A stretch of DNA of 64,000 nt from a virus (Duplodnaviria; Caudoviricetes): the IMG/VR virus record IMGVR_UViG_3300025392_000002. One strand, given 5' to 3'. The first letter of the stretch is position 1. Every line of letters begins with the position of its first letter. Of the stretch, positions 49,500-57,989 are shown one piece after another. The notes under the pieces are model-generated. The model did not search any database, was not told the DNA's origin, and worked only from the letters and a program-made list of their open reading frames with translations. The position numbers were made by a program, and so were the translations under genes.

Positions 49500-50959
49500 A
49501 ATTAGTAATTCGTGACGAAGTTAATATCAAGTTTGAAAACTTGAGTTTAGACGCACGAAAGAAATTAGCCAACACCTTTAAGTACGAGGATCCAACTGCA
49601 CGGTATCGTCCAGCATATAAACTTGGTCGATGGGATGGAAAAGTGAGTATGTTTGGTCTGGGCGGAAATGGCTATCTAAGCCAGCTAGAAAAGTGTCTTG
49701 GCATACTTTCTGATATGGATATTGACATTGCCGAACTTGAAGATCTACGCACTACTAGTAAGATTGAATTTATAGAAGTTACAAATAATTACTGGGCAGA
49801 CATGGGCAAAGTGTGGCCCGCTGGACATAGATTTGCTGGACAGCCTATTGTACTACGTGATGATCAAGTTGAGGTTGTAAACAGATTTTTCACCAATACG
49901 CAAGCCTTGCAAGAAGTTGCCACTGGTGCTGGCAAAACTATTATGACAGCAACATTGGCTCATTGTGCTGAAAAATATGGACGTACAATTACTATTGTTC
50001 CTAATAAAGATCTTGTTACACAAACTGAAGAAGATTTTAAAAACGTTGGGTTAGATGTCGGTGTTTACTATGGAGATCGCAAGGATCTCAACAAGACACA
50101 TACCATTTGTACATGGCAGAGTCTTAACATTCTCGATAAGAAAAGTAAGAACTGGAGCGAAGATCTTGCGTATACACTAGCAGAATTCCTTGACGGTGTT
50201 AAGACTGTTATTGTTGACGAAGTACATATGGCCAAAGCAGAAGTTCTTAAAAATTTGCTTACACAGAATTTATGTAATGCTCCAATTCGCTGGGGACTAA
50301 CTGGTACAGTTCCTAAAGATGCATTTGAAGCAGAACCTATTTTTGCCAGCATTGGCCCGGTTGTTGGGGGTATCAAAGCACATGAACTACAAGAAATGGG
50401 TGTGCTTAGTAACTTACATGTCAATGTACTACAACTCATAGACTTACCAGAATTTAAAACATATCAAGAAGAATTAAAGTATCTTGTTACTAATAAAGAC
50501 AGGATGACATATTTTAGCAAATTAATTAAAGGCTTATCAGAGACAGGCAATACATTGATCCTAGTCAATAGGATCGATACAGGCAAACTACTAACAGAAA
50601 TGATTGAAGGCGCTGTGTTTATTTCAGGCGAAGTAAAAGGAACCAAACGTGCAGAAGAATATAAAGAACACGCTACAAACGATAATAAGGTTACTATCGC
50701 GACTTTCGGAGTTGCGGCTGTTGGAATTAATATTCCTCGTATCTTTAACTTGGTATTGCTGGAGCCTGGCAAGTCGTTTGTCAGAGTTATTCAGTCAATA
50801 GGACGAGGAATTCGTAAAGCAGAAGACAAAGACTTTGTACAAATTTGGGACATAACTTCAACTTGTAAATTTGCAAAACGCCACCTCACAACGAGGAAAA
50901 AATATTACAAGGATGCCAAATATCCATTTACATTACAAAAAGTGGACTGGCAAAAATAA
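49490..50959 (+). CDS. uvsW: SF2 DNA helicase (UvsW-like)
   Basis: WDGK, LRDDQ, ATGAGKT, VDEVH, GLTGT, GINIP, QSIGRGIR. Confidence 0.92.
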   Translation: MAVKLVIRDEVNIKFENLSLDARKKLANTFKYEDPTARYRPAYKLGRWDGKVSMFGLGGNGYLSQLEKCLGILSDMDIDIAELEDLRTTSKIEFIEVTNNYWADMGKVWPAGHRFAGQPIVLRDDQVEVVNRFFTNTQALQEVATGAGKTIMTATLAHCAEKYGRTITIVPNKDLVTQTEEDFKNVGLDVGVYYGDRKDLNKTHTICTWQSLNILDKKSKNWSEDLAYTLAEFLDGVKTVIVDEVHMAKAEVLKNLLTQNLCNAPIRWGLTGTVPKDAFEAEPIFASIGPVVGGIKAHELQEMGVLSNLHVNVLQLIDLPEFKTYQEELKYLVTNKDRMTYFSKLIKGLSETGNTLILVNRIDTGKLLTEMIEGAVFISGEVKGTKRAEEYKEHATNDNKVTIATFGVAAVGINIPRIFNLVLLEPGKSFVRVIQSIGRGIRKAEDKDFVQIWDITSTCKFAKRHLTTRKKYYKDAKYPFTLQKVDWQK

Positions 50960-50965
50960 GGAATC

Positions 50966-51472
50966 ATGCAGATATTAACATTAGATAACAAGACATTTTC
51001 ATTAAACAATTTACCGGACGAAGTCGACGAAAATACGCGATTTGCAGTACTAGATAATAGTACACCTGCCGATCCAGACTTTTTCTTTATGCCACTTATA
51101 TTCCTGGAAAGTTTCAATGCTCCAGCAATGGTATTAAGGATTGGGGAGGATGAAATTGCTATGCCTATAGATTGGTGTATTGCCGTAGGAGATAGTACTA
51201 GTGCTTGCGATATAGAAATTTTACCGCTTACTAGTTTAAATGACCGTGGATTCGAAGCATTGTGTTTTAATCCGTTAAGTAGTTTTAGGGTTGAGTTTAA
51301 AAAGATCGAAATCGTTAATTTTTACAATGATGTTAAATGGTATTTTCCTAAAATGAAAAATGGCCAATTACTAGCAACGCCAACACATGGCGGAGACAAA
51401 CCTAATTGTGCATATTTTGTTAAAGAAATATCAAAACAAAACGAAATAATTCAGTTGGATAAAATATTATGA
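50966..51472 (+). CDS. Hypothetical protein, possible catalytically dead Hint-fold
   Basis: The beta-strand pattern maps loosely onto Hint blocks (see findings). Confidence 0.5.
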   Translation: MQILTLDNKTFSLNNLPDEVDENTRFAVLDNSTPADPDFFFMPLIFLESFNAPAMVLRIGEDEIAMPIDWCIAVGDSTSACDIEILPLTSLNDRGFEALCFNPLSSFRVEFKKIEIVNFYNDVKWYFPKMKNGQLLATPTHGGDKPNCAYFVKEISKQNEIIQLDKIL

Positions 51473-52095
51473 GTTTAAAAGTTGCATATTTTCAACCTGT
51501 AGTGTTGGCCATCGATACAGTATCTCCTGTAGAATTTAGTAAAATTTATAGCCTTGCTGAAAACCTGCATAGTCATCCAGAATTGAATGATGCCGACAAT
51601 CCACTGATTAGCATACGTGGTGGGCAACAAATTCAAGTATATCCTAACACCCCGGGGATAAATGTCGACTGGTTAATAAATTATTTTGAAACAGTTTGCC
51701 AGGGATATTTAGAACTTGTAATAGCACAAAGCGGTACAGAGGATTTAAAATTTTGTAAACCAAAAGTTACAAGCATTTGGACCATACGTCAATACGAAGG
51801 CGACTATCAAGAGATGCATAGTCATCCTGGCGGGCATATAAGCGGAAATGTATATATTAGTGCTCCAGAGTTACTGGACAATCGAAAGCCATCCGATAGT
51901 CAAATTTTATTTAGATTACCACAAACTAAAGATGTTAGTAAATTTATAATGAATGATACGTGGAAATACGATCCTACGCCTGGCAGTATTATAATATTTC
52001 CAAGTCATCTACCTCATACTGTTTATCCTTGGAAAGGACAAGGCCATAGGACTGTTATGGCATTTGATGCAGTACTAGTACCAAAGGAAGAATAA
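51469..52095 (+). CDS. Putative 2OG-Fe(II) oxygenase (TIGR02466-like)
   Basis: IWT..Q..GDYQEMHSH...ISGNVY, IFPSHLPHTVYP, RTVMAFD. Confidence 0.85.
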   Translation: MSLKVAYFQPVVLAIDTVSPVEFSKIYSLAENLHSHPELNDADNPLISIRGGQQIQVYPNTPGINVDWLINYFETVCQGYLELVIAQSGTEDLKFCKPKVTSIWTIRQYEGDYQEMHSHPGGHISGNVYISAPELLDNRKPSDSQILFRLPQTKDVSKFIMNDTWKYDPTPGSIIIFPSHLPHTVYPWKGQGHRTVMAFDAVLVPKEE

Positions 52096-52427
52096 TGGGA
52101 ACTCTTAAACCTGGAGCAACTTATATACACGAACGAGTAGACAATGTAGTCTATTCTAGAGAATTTGGGTCCGATCCTAGCACTAGACAAGTAGTGGGTT
52201 GGGATTATAATCCTAATACACCTAGCTTCGATCCACGAAGTGATGGCCGAGGCTGGCCTGCTAATGATAATCGAACCAGCGACGGTCGTCCACTACACGA
52301 TCATATAATGGAAGATAAACTTTGGGGTGAAATTCGAAGAGAAGCAAAAACCAATGTGACTTTACAAAAAGCCTTAGATCGTGCTATAATGATATACAAA
52401 CTAAGCAAGGATAAACTTCGTGAGTGA
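52095..52427 (+). CDS. Hypothetical protein
   Basis: Coupled ORF with AAGGA RBS. Confidence 0.65.
   Translation: MGTLKPGATYIHERVDNVVYSREFGSDPSTRQVVGWDYNPNTPSFDPRSDGRGWPANDNRTSDGRPLHDHIMEDKLWGEIRREAKTNVTLQKALDRAIMIYKLSKDKLRE
52361..52390 (+). promoter_or_regulatory. Intragenic sigma70-type promoter for the gp62-like / Zn-finger / mini-DnaE genes
   Basis: TTTACA-18 nt-TATAAT with an extended -10 (TGc-TATAAT). Confidence 0.55.
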
Positions 52428-52899
52428 AAAGATTGAGCTGAAAGAAAAGCTAGCGGCAGTAGATCAAAACGTTCGAGAATTATGGGATGCAATGGATACC
52501 GATCAGCAAAAAGCTCTCAAGAATGAATTTTTTATACTTAACAGATATGTTAGTAGTGGCGGCACAACTGACAGAGAAATCCAAGAACATTTTGTATTGA
52601 CTGTTAACGAATACTTTAATAAAAACTGGAATTTATTACAAAAACATCCTAAACTTATGTGGATGTTATTGTGTATGTGTAGTTATAATGGCGAACGTGT
52701 ATTTTGGCATGAATGGATCGGACATAAAAAGAAAACTGGATCTAACAGTAAAAAGATTAAATTTTTAGAAGAATTATATCCAAACAAAAAACGTGATGAA
52801 GTTGAAATGCTTAGTCAGTTGATGACTGATAAAGAAATAAAAGATCTAGCACGTAAGTATGGAATGGATGAAGCTACGATTGCTAAGAAATTAAAATGA
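52420..52899 (+). CDS. Clamp-loader small subunit-like protein (T4 gp62-like)
   Basis: FILNRYVS...N...W.LL...HEWI..KK...LEELYP...L...MT.KEIK resembles cyanophage-type gp62. Confidence 0.5.
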   Translation: MSEKIELKEKLAAVDQNVRELWDAMDTDQQKALKNEFFILNRYVSSGGTTDREIQEHFVLTVNEYFNKNWNLLQKHPKLMWMLLCMCSYNGERVFWHEWIGHKKKTGSNSKKIKFLEELYPNKKRDEVEMLSQLMTDKEIKDLARKYGMDEATIAKKLK

Positions 52900-53588
52900 T
52901 GGCCTTGGTAAATCAACCTTATACTTGTGGGCATTGCGGCAAAGGGTTTATGCAAGAAAAAACCTTGTTTGTTCATGTATGTGAACAAAAACGCAGGCAC
53001 ATGGCACGTACAGAAAAACATGTTGTGCTAGGGTATGATACATATCAGAAATTTTATAAACAAGCACAACCCAACGGTAAAGATAAAACATATGAAGATT
53101 TTTGTAAAAGTCCTTATTATAACGCCTTTGTTAAGTTTGGCAGTTTTGTCAGCAATGTTAATCCTCTCTACCCGGACCAATTTATCGAGTGGATTGTTCG
53201 AAGCGGTGTTAAACTCGATCACTGGTGTAGAGACGAGCTCTACGAACAATATGTCCTCGAACTTATTAAAAGAGAACCAGTTGAAGTCGCACTAGAACGT
53301 AGCATTAGTCATATGTTAAGTTGGGGTAATGATAATACCGCAAGTTGGAATCATTACTTCCTTTATGTTAGTTTGAGTCGTGCTTGCTATGATATTAAAG
53401 ATGGTAAGATAAGTCCGTGGCTTGTTTTAAATAGTGCTAGTGGAAAAGCTATGTTACAAAAATTTAGTGACGAGCAATTAGCCCATGTACAAAATGTTAT
53501 AGATCCGCCGTTCTGGGTCAGCAAATTTAAAAAACTTCCTAATGATGTAGACTTGGTTAAACAAGTTGTAAAAGAGAGTAATATATAA
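52896..53588 (+). CDS. Hypothetical protein with an N-terminal C2HC/C2H2-type zinc finger
   Basis: YTCGHCGKGFMQEKTLFVHVC. Confidence 0.7.
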   Translation: MMALVNQPYTCGHCGKGFMQEKTLFVHVCEQKRRHMARTEKHVVLGYDTYQKFYKQAQPNGKDKTYEDFCKSPYYNAFVKFGSFVSNVNPLYPDQFIEWIVRSGVKLDHWCRDELYEQYVLELIKREPVEVALERSISHMLSWGNDNTASWNHYFLYVSLSRACYDIKDGKISPWLVLNSASGKAMLQKFSDEQLAHVQNVIDPPFWVSKFKKLPNDVDLVKQVVKESNI

Positions 53589-54157
53589 TGCCAGATATTG
53601 ATATCGACTTTGCTGATAGAACTCATGCGCTAAGTATTTTAAAGCATGTTGATGCTACTATTGATACTTTTAAAAAACATAATACTGGAATATATTGTAC
53701 GTCTATCCCGTACAATCCAGTGACAGGTATGAGTACACTAGCTTATAAAGAAGCAGAGGATAGAGGATATTTTAAAATAGATTTTTTGAATGTAAGTGTT
53801 TATGAAGGCGTTAAAAATAGAGAACACTTGACTATACTAATGGAGACTGAACCTTTATGGGAGCTTTTACTGGAAGACGATTTCGTCAACAAACTCTTTC
53901 ACGTGAACGGGCACGGTTCTATATTGAGACAAATGAAACCTACGACGATAGAACAACTAGCTTCAGTATTGGCTATGATAAGGCCCGCGAAACGTCACTT
54001 GATTGGAAAGGATTGGAATACTGTAATGTCAGAGATTTGGGTCAGACCCGAAAACGATGAGTATTTCTTTAAGAAGGCACATGCCATTGCCTATGCACAC
54101 GTAATTGTAGTACAGATGAATTTAATTTGCGAACAACTAGCGAACTTTACGGACTAA
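53588..54157 (+). CDS. Miniature DNA polymerase III alpha (DnaE/C-family)-like catalytic core, 189 aa
   Basis: DnaE motifs in order: PDIDIDF, KHNTG, GYFKIDFLNV, LRQMKP..IEQLA.VLAMIRPA, YFFKKAHAIAYA. Confidence 0.8.
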   Translation: MPDIDIDFADRTHALSILKHVDATIDTFKKHNTGIYCTSIPYNPVTGMSTLAYKEAEDRGYFKIDFLNVSVYEGVKNREHLTILMETEPLWELLLEDDFVNKLFHVNGHGSILRQMKPTTIEQLASVLAMIRPAKRHLIGKDWNTVMSEIWVRPENDEYFFKKAHAIAYAHVIVVQMNLICEQLANFTD

Positions 54158-54511
54158 CTGCACACTTTTTCTTTTGACCCGTTTCAGTGTAAGATTCATT
54201 AAATTAACTACTGGCCCAAGTATTACACGAGTATCTTTGCTATTAAATGTCTTAATAGCATAGGCAAATGGTCCTATAGAATCCCTACAAAAAATATTAA
54301 TAGGATATTGTCTGTTTGATTCCCACCACCAAATTTCGCCTATTTCCAAAAACTGGGTCTTTTCTTCAGGTGTTTTCAAGGCATTGAGATCGTAAAAGCT
54401 AGTTACAAACTGGTCTTGATTTATTATGATTCCTACATATTCATCAGTGCCGTAGTTTATGACGCTGATAAAGGGTAAGTTTTGTTCTATATTGTCTCTT
54501 AATTTTGCCAT
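54137..54511 (-). CDS. Hypothetical protein
   Basis: 124-aa ORF filling the gap (PFISVI.YG..EYVGII, WWWESNR..PINIF); convergent on the mini-DnaE. Confidence 0.7.
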   Translation of the reverse strand: MAKLRDNIEQNLPFISVINYGTDEYVGIIINQDQFVTSFYDLNALKTPEEKTQFLEIGEIWWWESNRQYPINIFCRDSIGPFAYAIKTFNSKDTRVILGPVVNLMNLTLKRVKRKSVQLVRKVR

Positions 54512-54536
54512 AAATACTATTAAAGGTCCTTGCCAA

Positions 54537-55403
54537 ATGCAAAAAATTCAAAGTTATTTATACCCCAATAGAATAATTCTACTAGCCGATTTGGCAGGCT
54601 TTACAACGGAGAACAAGATTGTGTATGCACGAACAGTAAAAATTTATCAAGGTGTCGATAATGTCATAGAGTTTGACATACAGAACGCCGACCAGAAGCG
54701 TCTCAACCTAATCACTTCTCCAAGTATCACTAACATTAAAATGAATGTCATGGATGCTAGCGGGAAAGCATTACCTAACAGCCCATATACAGTTACACCA
54801 AGCGCAACAGTTGGCGGTATAGGTACGGTAACCATACAAGCCGCTGACTTAACAGGCCTAAATAGCCAGTTCTTGAAGTATAGTGTAACTGCAACTAATA
54901 GTACTAACAATTCAATTCCTCTATATACTGATAGTAGATTCGGCGCAGTGGGCACTATGGAAGTTGTTGGAAGCGCAACACCAGTCACTAGAAAAAGTGT
55001 TGTCTATGACAGGTTTAGTGGAGAAATCAACTTCATGGGTAACGTGCTAAATCACTCTAGTGCTATCCCTGCAAAATTTTACGAAGCAGTTCCAACTACG
55101 GCAATGAATATAACTATTGCGGCTACCGGTTTAATTGCTACAATCAAAATTGAAGGTACTAGAGATAGTACACTTAGCGTAGAATCTTGGAAGAATCCAG
55201 TTGTCATGTACCCAGATTTAACTTCTACGGCACAAGCACCGTTAACCAATTCAGCATTAGTAATTGCACTTACCAATATAGATCCAATGGTCAATTATAT
55301 TAGAGTCACATGGGTTTATCCAGATGTTTGGCAATATGGAAGTCAGCAAAACCCAACTTTGGTATATGGAAGCCTTGACAAAATCACGGTAAGTTATGTA
55401 TAA
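54537..55403 (+). CDS. Putative virion structural protein (Ig/BppU-like N-terminus)
   Basis: KIYQGVDNVIEFDIQN.D.K; TAAATA at 54511-54516 supports ATG 54537 rather than 54459. Confidence 0.5.
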   Translation: MQKIQSYLYPNRIILLADLAGFTTENKIVYARTVKIYQGVDNVIEFDIQNADQKRLNLITSPSITNIKMNVMDASGKALPNSPYTVTPSATVGGIGTVTIQAADLTGLNSQFLKYSVTATNSTNNSIPLYTDSRFGAVGTMEVVGSATPVTRKSVVYDRFSGEINFMGNVLNHSSAIPAKFYEAVPTTAMNITIAATGLIATIKIEGTRDSTLSVESWKNPVVMYPDLTSTAQAPLTNSALVIALTNIDPMVNYIRVTWVYPDVWQYGSQQNPTLVYGSLDKITVSYV

Positions 55404-55404
55404 T
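55375..55404 (+). promoter_or_regulatory. Consensus sigma70 promoter for primase (probably leaderless)
   Basis: TTGACA-18 nt-TATAAT; the ATG is 5 nt downstream. Confidence 0.75.
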
Positions 55405-55409
55405 TAGGC

Positions 55410-56393
55410 ATGAGCCTAATCTCGGATACACTACTACAATATCTACCCGGAAAGCGTAAACAAACCCCAAGTGGTTGGATTAGCTTCAATGCGGTTTGTT
55501 GTGATGACAAGAGGCAACGTGGCGGATTTATTGTCAATGCTGGCGATGCAGTAAGTTATCATTGTTTTAACTGCGGGTTCAAATGTAGTTGGCAACCGGG
55601 TAGACATATCAGTAAAAATATGAATAAATTCATGCGGGATCTAAATATTCCGGATGATGCTATTGGACAGTTACGGTTAGAAGCCTTACGACTTGATGAT
55701 AACAATACAACAGAAGTTCGTAATATAATTCCAAAATTTGATGTTCGTGCTTTGCCATTAGAAAGCGAACTATTATCTAGTTTATTAGACAACCCTCCAG
55801 AAAAACTTATACCTGTATTAGAATACATGGTGAATAGAAAACTTTTTCCTGAAGATTTTCCTTTCTACTGGACGCCTAAAGTTGGATTTAGTAACAGACT
55901 TATTATTCCATTCATTTATAAAGATGAGATTGTTGGCTGGACTGCCCGTGCTATAAATGATGCCAAACCTAAATATCTATCCGAGCAACAACCAGGCTAT
56001 GTTTTTAATTTAGACCGTCAACAGGACGACAGAGAGTTCGTTATTGTCAGTGAAGGCCCGTTTGATGCGCTAAGTATTGATGGATGTGCATTACTAGGTG
56101 CAGAAATTAAAGATAGTCAAAATTGGCTACTCAAGCAACTAGGTAAAGAGATTGTACTCGTTCCAGATAGGGATCACGAAGGCCCACGCACTGTTGAACA
56201 AGCAATAGAATATGGATGGTCTGTAAGTATGCCAGACTGGCCAGAAGGTGTTAAGGACATTAATGACGCCGTAATTAAATTAGGAAGATTGGCAACGTTG
56301 TACTTAATTGTATCATCAAAAGAATCTAACAGTCTAAAGATACAACTACGAGCCAAGAAATGGTTTAAGGAAGAATATGAAAAAATTGATTGA
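55410..56393 (+). CDS. DNA primase (T4 gp61-like)
   Basis: Zn-binding region (VCC...YHCFNCG), RLIIP, GWTAR, KY, TOPRIM motifs EGPFDA and PDRD, KDIND. Confidence 0.9.
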   Translation: MSLISDTLLQYLPGKRKQTPSGWISFNAVCCDDKRQRGGFIVNAGDAVSYHCFNCGFKCSWQPGRHISKNMNKFMRDLNIPDDAIGQLRLEALRLDDNNTTEVRNIIPKFDVRALPLESELLSSLLDNPPEKLIPVLEYMVNRKLFPEDFPFYWTPKVGFSNRLIIPFIYKDEIVGWTARAINDAKPKYLSEQQPGYVFNLDRQQDDREFVIVSEGPFDALSIDGCALLGAEIKDSQNWLLKQLGKEIVLVPDRDHEGPRTVEQAIEYGWSVSMPDWPEGVKDINDAVIKLGRLATLYLIVSSKESNSLKIQLRAKKWFKEEYEKID

Positions 56394-56490
56394 TTTTATT
56401 TTGAAACCATGGCACTGGTACAAAAGCCGCCAAGAATTTAAACGTCGAATGGAAGAATTACGGAAACGTGATCCTTTTATCTACAAATGA
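56377..56490 (+). CDS. 37-aa basic micro-protein (not in the ORF track)
   Basis: MKKLIDFILKPWHWYKSRQEFKRRMEELRKRDPFIYK; AAGGA RBS; overlaps the primase end and has an ATGA overlap with the carbamoyltransferase. Confidence 0.7.
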   Translation: MKKLIDFILKPWHWYKSRQEFKRRMEELRKRDPFIYK

Positions 56491-57974
56491 TTAGTTGGGG
56501 GATATCGGCAAACAGTCATGATGCGGCAATAGCTGTATTTGCTGATGAAAAACTAGTATTTGCCAGCCATAGTGAAAGATACAGCGGTATTAAAAACGAT
56601 AGAGATCTGTGTAGAGAATTAGTTGCAGATGCCAAAAAGTTTGGATACCCTGACAAAATCTATTGGTATGAAAAGCCTTTTAAAAAAACTCTTCGACAGT
56701 TATTTGCAGGGCAAGGTTGGAAACGTCGTGATAACGATATTGAAATCTATATGGCTAGATACGAAATTGACGCACCTATTACCTATGTTGATCACCATCG
56801 TAGTCATGCCGCGGCAGGATTTTATACAAGTCCTTTTGAAACTGCTTGTATAGTTGTAATAGATGCTATCGGTGAATTTACCACATATAGTTTGTGGTCA
56901 GGAGTGGGTAAAGAATTACATTTGATTGATAGCATAGGATTTCCTGACAGTTTAGGACTATTCTATTCGGCCATGACTCAGCGTGTAGGACTAACACCCA
57001 ACGAGGATGAATATATTCTTATGGGAATGGCCGCATACGGTGACCCATCTCGATTAACTAAGAGTTTACTGGATGATTTTGTAAAATTACCAAATAATGA
57101 TTGGAACAGGCCCTATCAAATAAAACAAAATTTACACAGGGGATGCCGAGACTGGAGACCAGATCTAACAGTGTCCGATAGCTTTGATATTGCAGCCGCA
57201 ACCCAGCAAGTGTATGAAATGGCATTTGAAAGAATATTGTATCAAGCCTCTCAAGAAGTGGATCTAACCAATAATTTAGTTTTGATGGGCGGGTGTGCTC
57301 TTAATTGTAGTGCTAACAGATTGACCGGAAAGTATTTTAAAAATACTTGGATATATCCTAATCCTGGAGATGCTGGCAGTGCCATAGGTGCTGTATTAGC
57401 AAAAAATCCAGATTGGAAAGATTATACAGACTGGTCCAATATATTTCTAGGCTATGACATGGGATATCGTTCTTCAAATGAAGATATTGTATCCTACTTG
57501 GAAGAAAATAAAATCTGCGGAGTTGCCCGTGGAAGAGCAGAGTTTGGACCACGTGCCTTAGGTAATAGAAGTTTATTAGCAGATCCACGTGGTAAAGATA
57601 TAAAGGATAGAGTAAATGCAATTAAACAACGACAAGAATTTAGACCTTTTGCACCAGCAATACTCGAAGAACATGTTGACACGTACTTTGATATGCCTCA
57701 CGGTTGGGATAATAGTAGGTTTATGCAAGTGGTCGCTCGTTGCAGGACTCCTGAGTTATTTCCTGCTATCATACATCGTGACGGAACATCTCGTGTTCAA
57801 ACTGTACCGAACGATGGTAGGCCATTTAGAAAACTCTTAGAACTTTGGTATAAAGAAACTGGATGTCCAATATTGCTCAATACCAGTCTAAATATCAAAG
57901 GCAAACCTATGGTAAACAATCATGCAGATGCAAGAAACTTTGAACGCCATTACGGTGTTAAAGTGTTTAATTAA
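56487..57974 (+). CDS. Carbamoyltransferase (NodU/CmcH/TobZ family)
   Basis: SHDAA, ERYS.IK, HH.SHAA, DAIGE, MGMAAYG, GGCALN, PGDAG, EFGPRALGNRS, RPFAP, DGTSRVQTV, LNTSLN. Confidence 0.95.
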   Translation: MISWGISANSHDAAIAVFADEKLVFASHSERYSGIKNDRDLCRELVADAKKFGYPDKIYWYEKPFKKTLRQLFAGQGWKRRDNDIEIYMARYEIDAPITYVDHHRSHAAAGFYTSPFETACIVVIDAIGEFTTYSLWSGVGKELHLIDSIGFPDSLGLFYSAMTQRVGLTPNEDEYILMGMAAYGDPSRLTKSLLDDFVKLPNNDWNRPYQIKQNLHRGCRDWRPDLTVSDSFDIAAATQQVYEMAFERILYQASQEVDLTNNLVLMGGCALNCSANRLTGKYFKNTWIYPNPGDAGSAIGAVLAKNPDWKDYTDWSNIFLGYDMGYRSSNEDIVSYLEENKICGVARGRAEFGPRALGNRSLLADPRGKDIKDRVNAIKQRQEFRPFAPAILEEHVDTYFDMPHGWDNSRFMQVVARCRTPELFPAIIHRDGTSRVQTVPNDGRPFRKLLELWYKETGCPILLNTSLNIKGKPMVNNHADARNFERHYGVKVFN

Positions 57975-57989
57975 AGTGTATAATACAGT

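Noticed and set aside
52896-54157. Frameshifted full-length dnaE spanning the Zn-finger ORF and the mini-DnaE
   Set aside because: The upstream ORF shows no PHP or RGS motifs, and the deletions in the mini-DnaE are internal and in frame.
54459-54536. Longer N-terminus for the 54459 ORF
   Set aside because: It overlaps the opposite-strand gene and lies upstream of the TAAATA box; ATG 54537 fits better.
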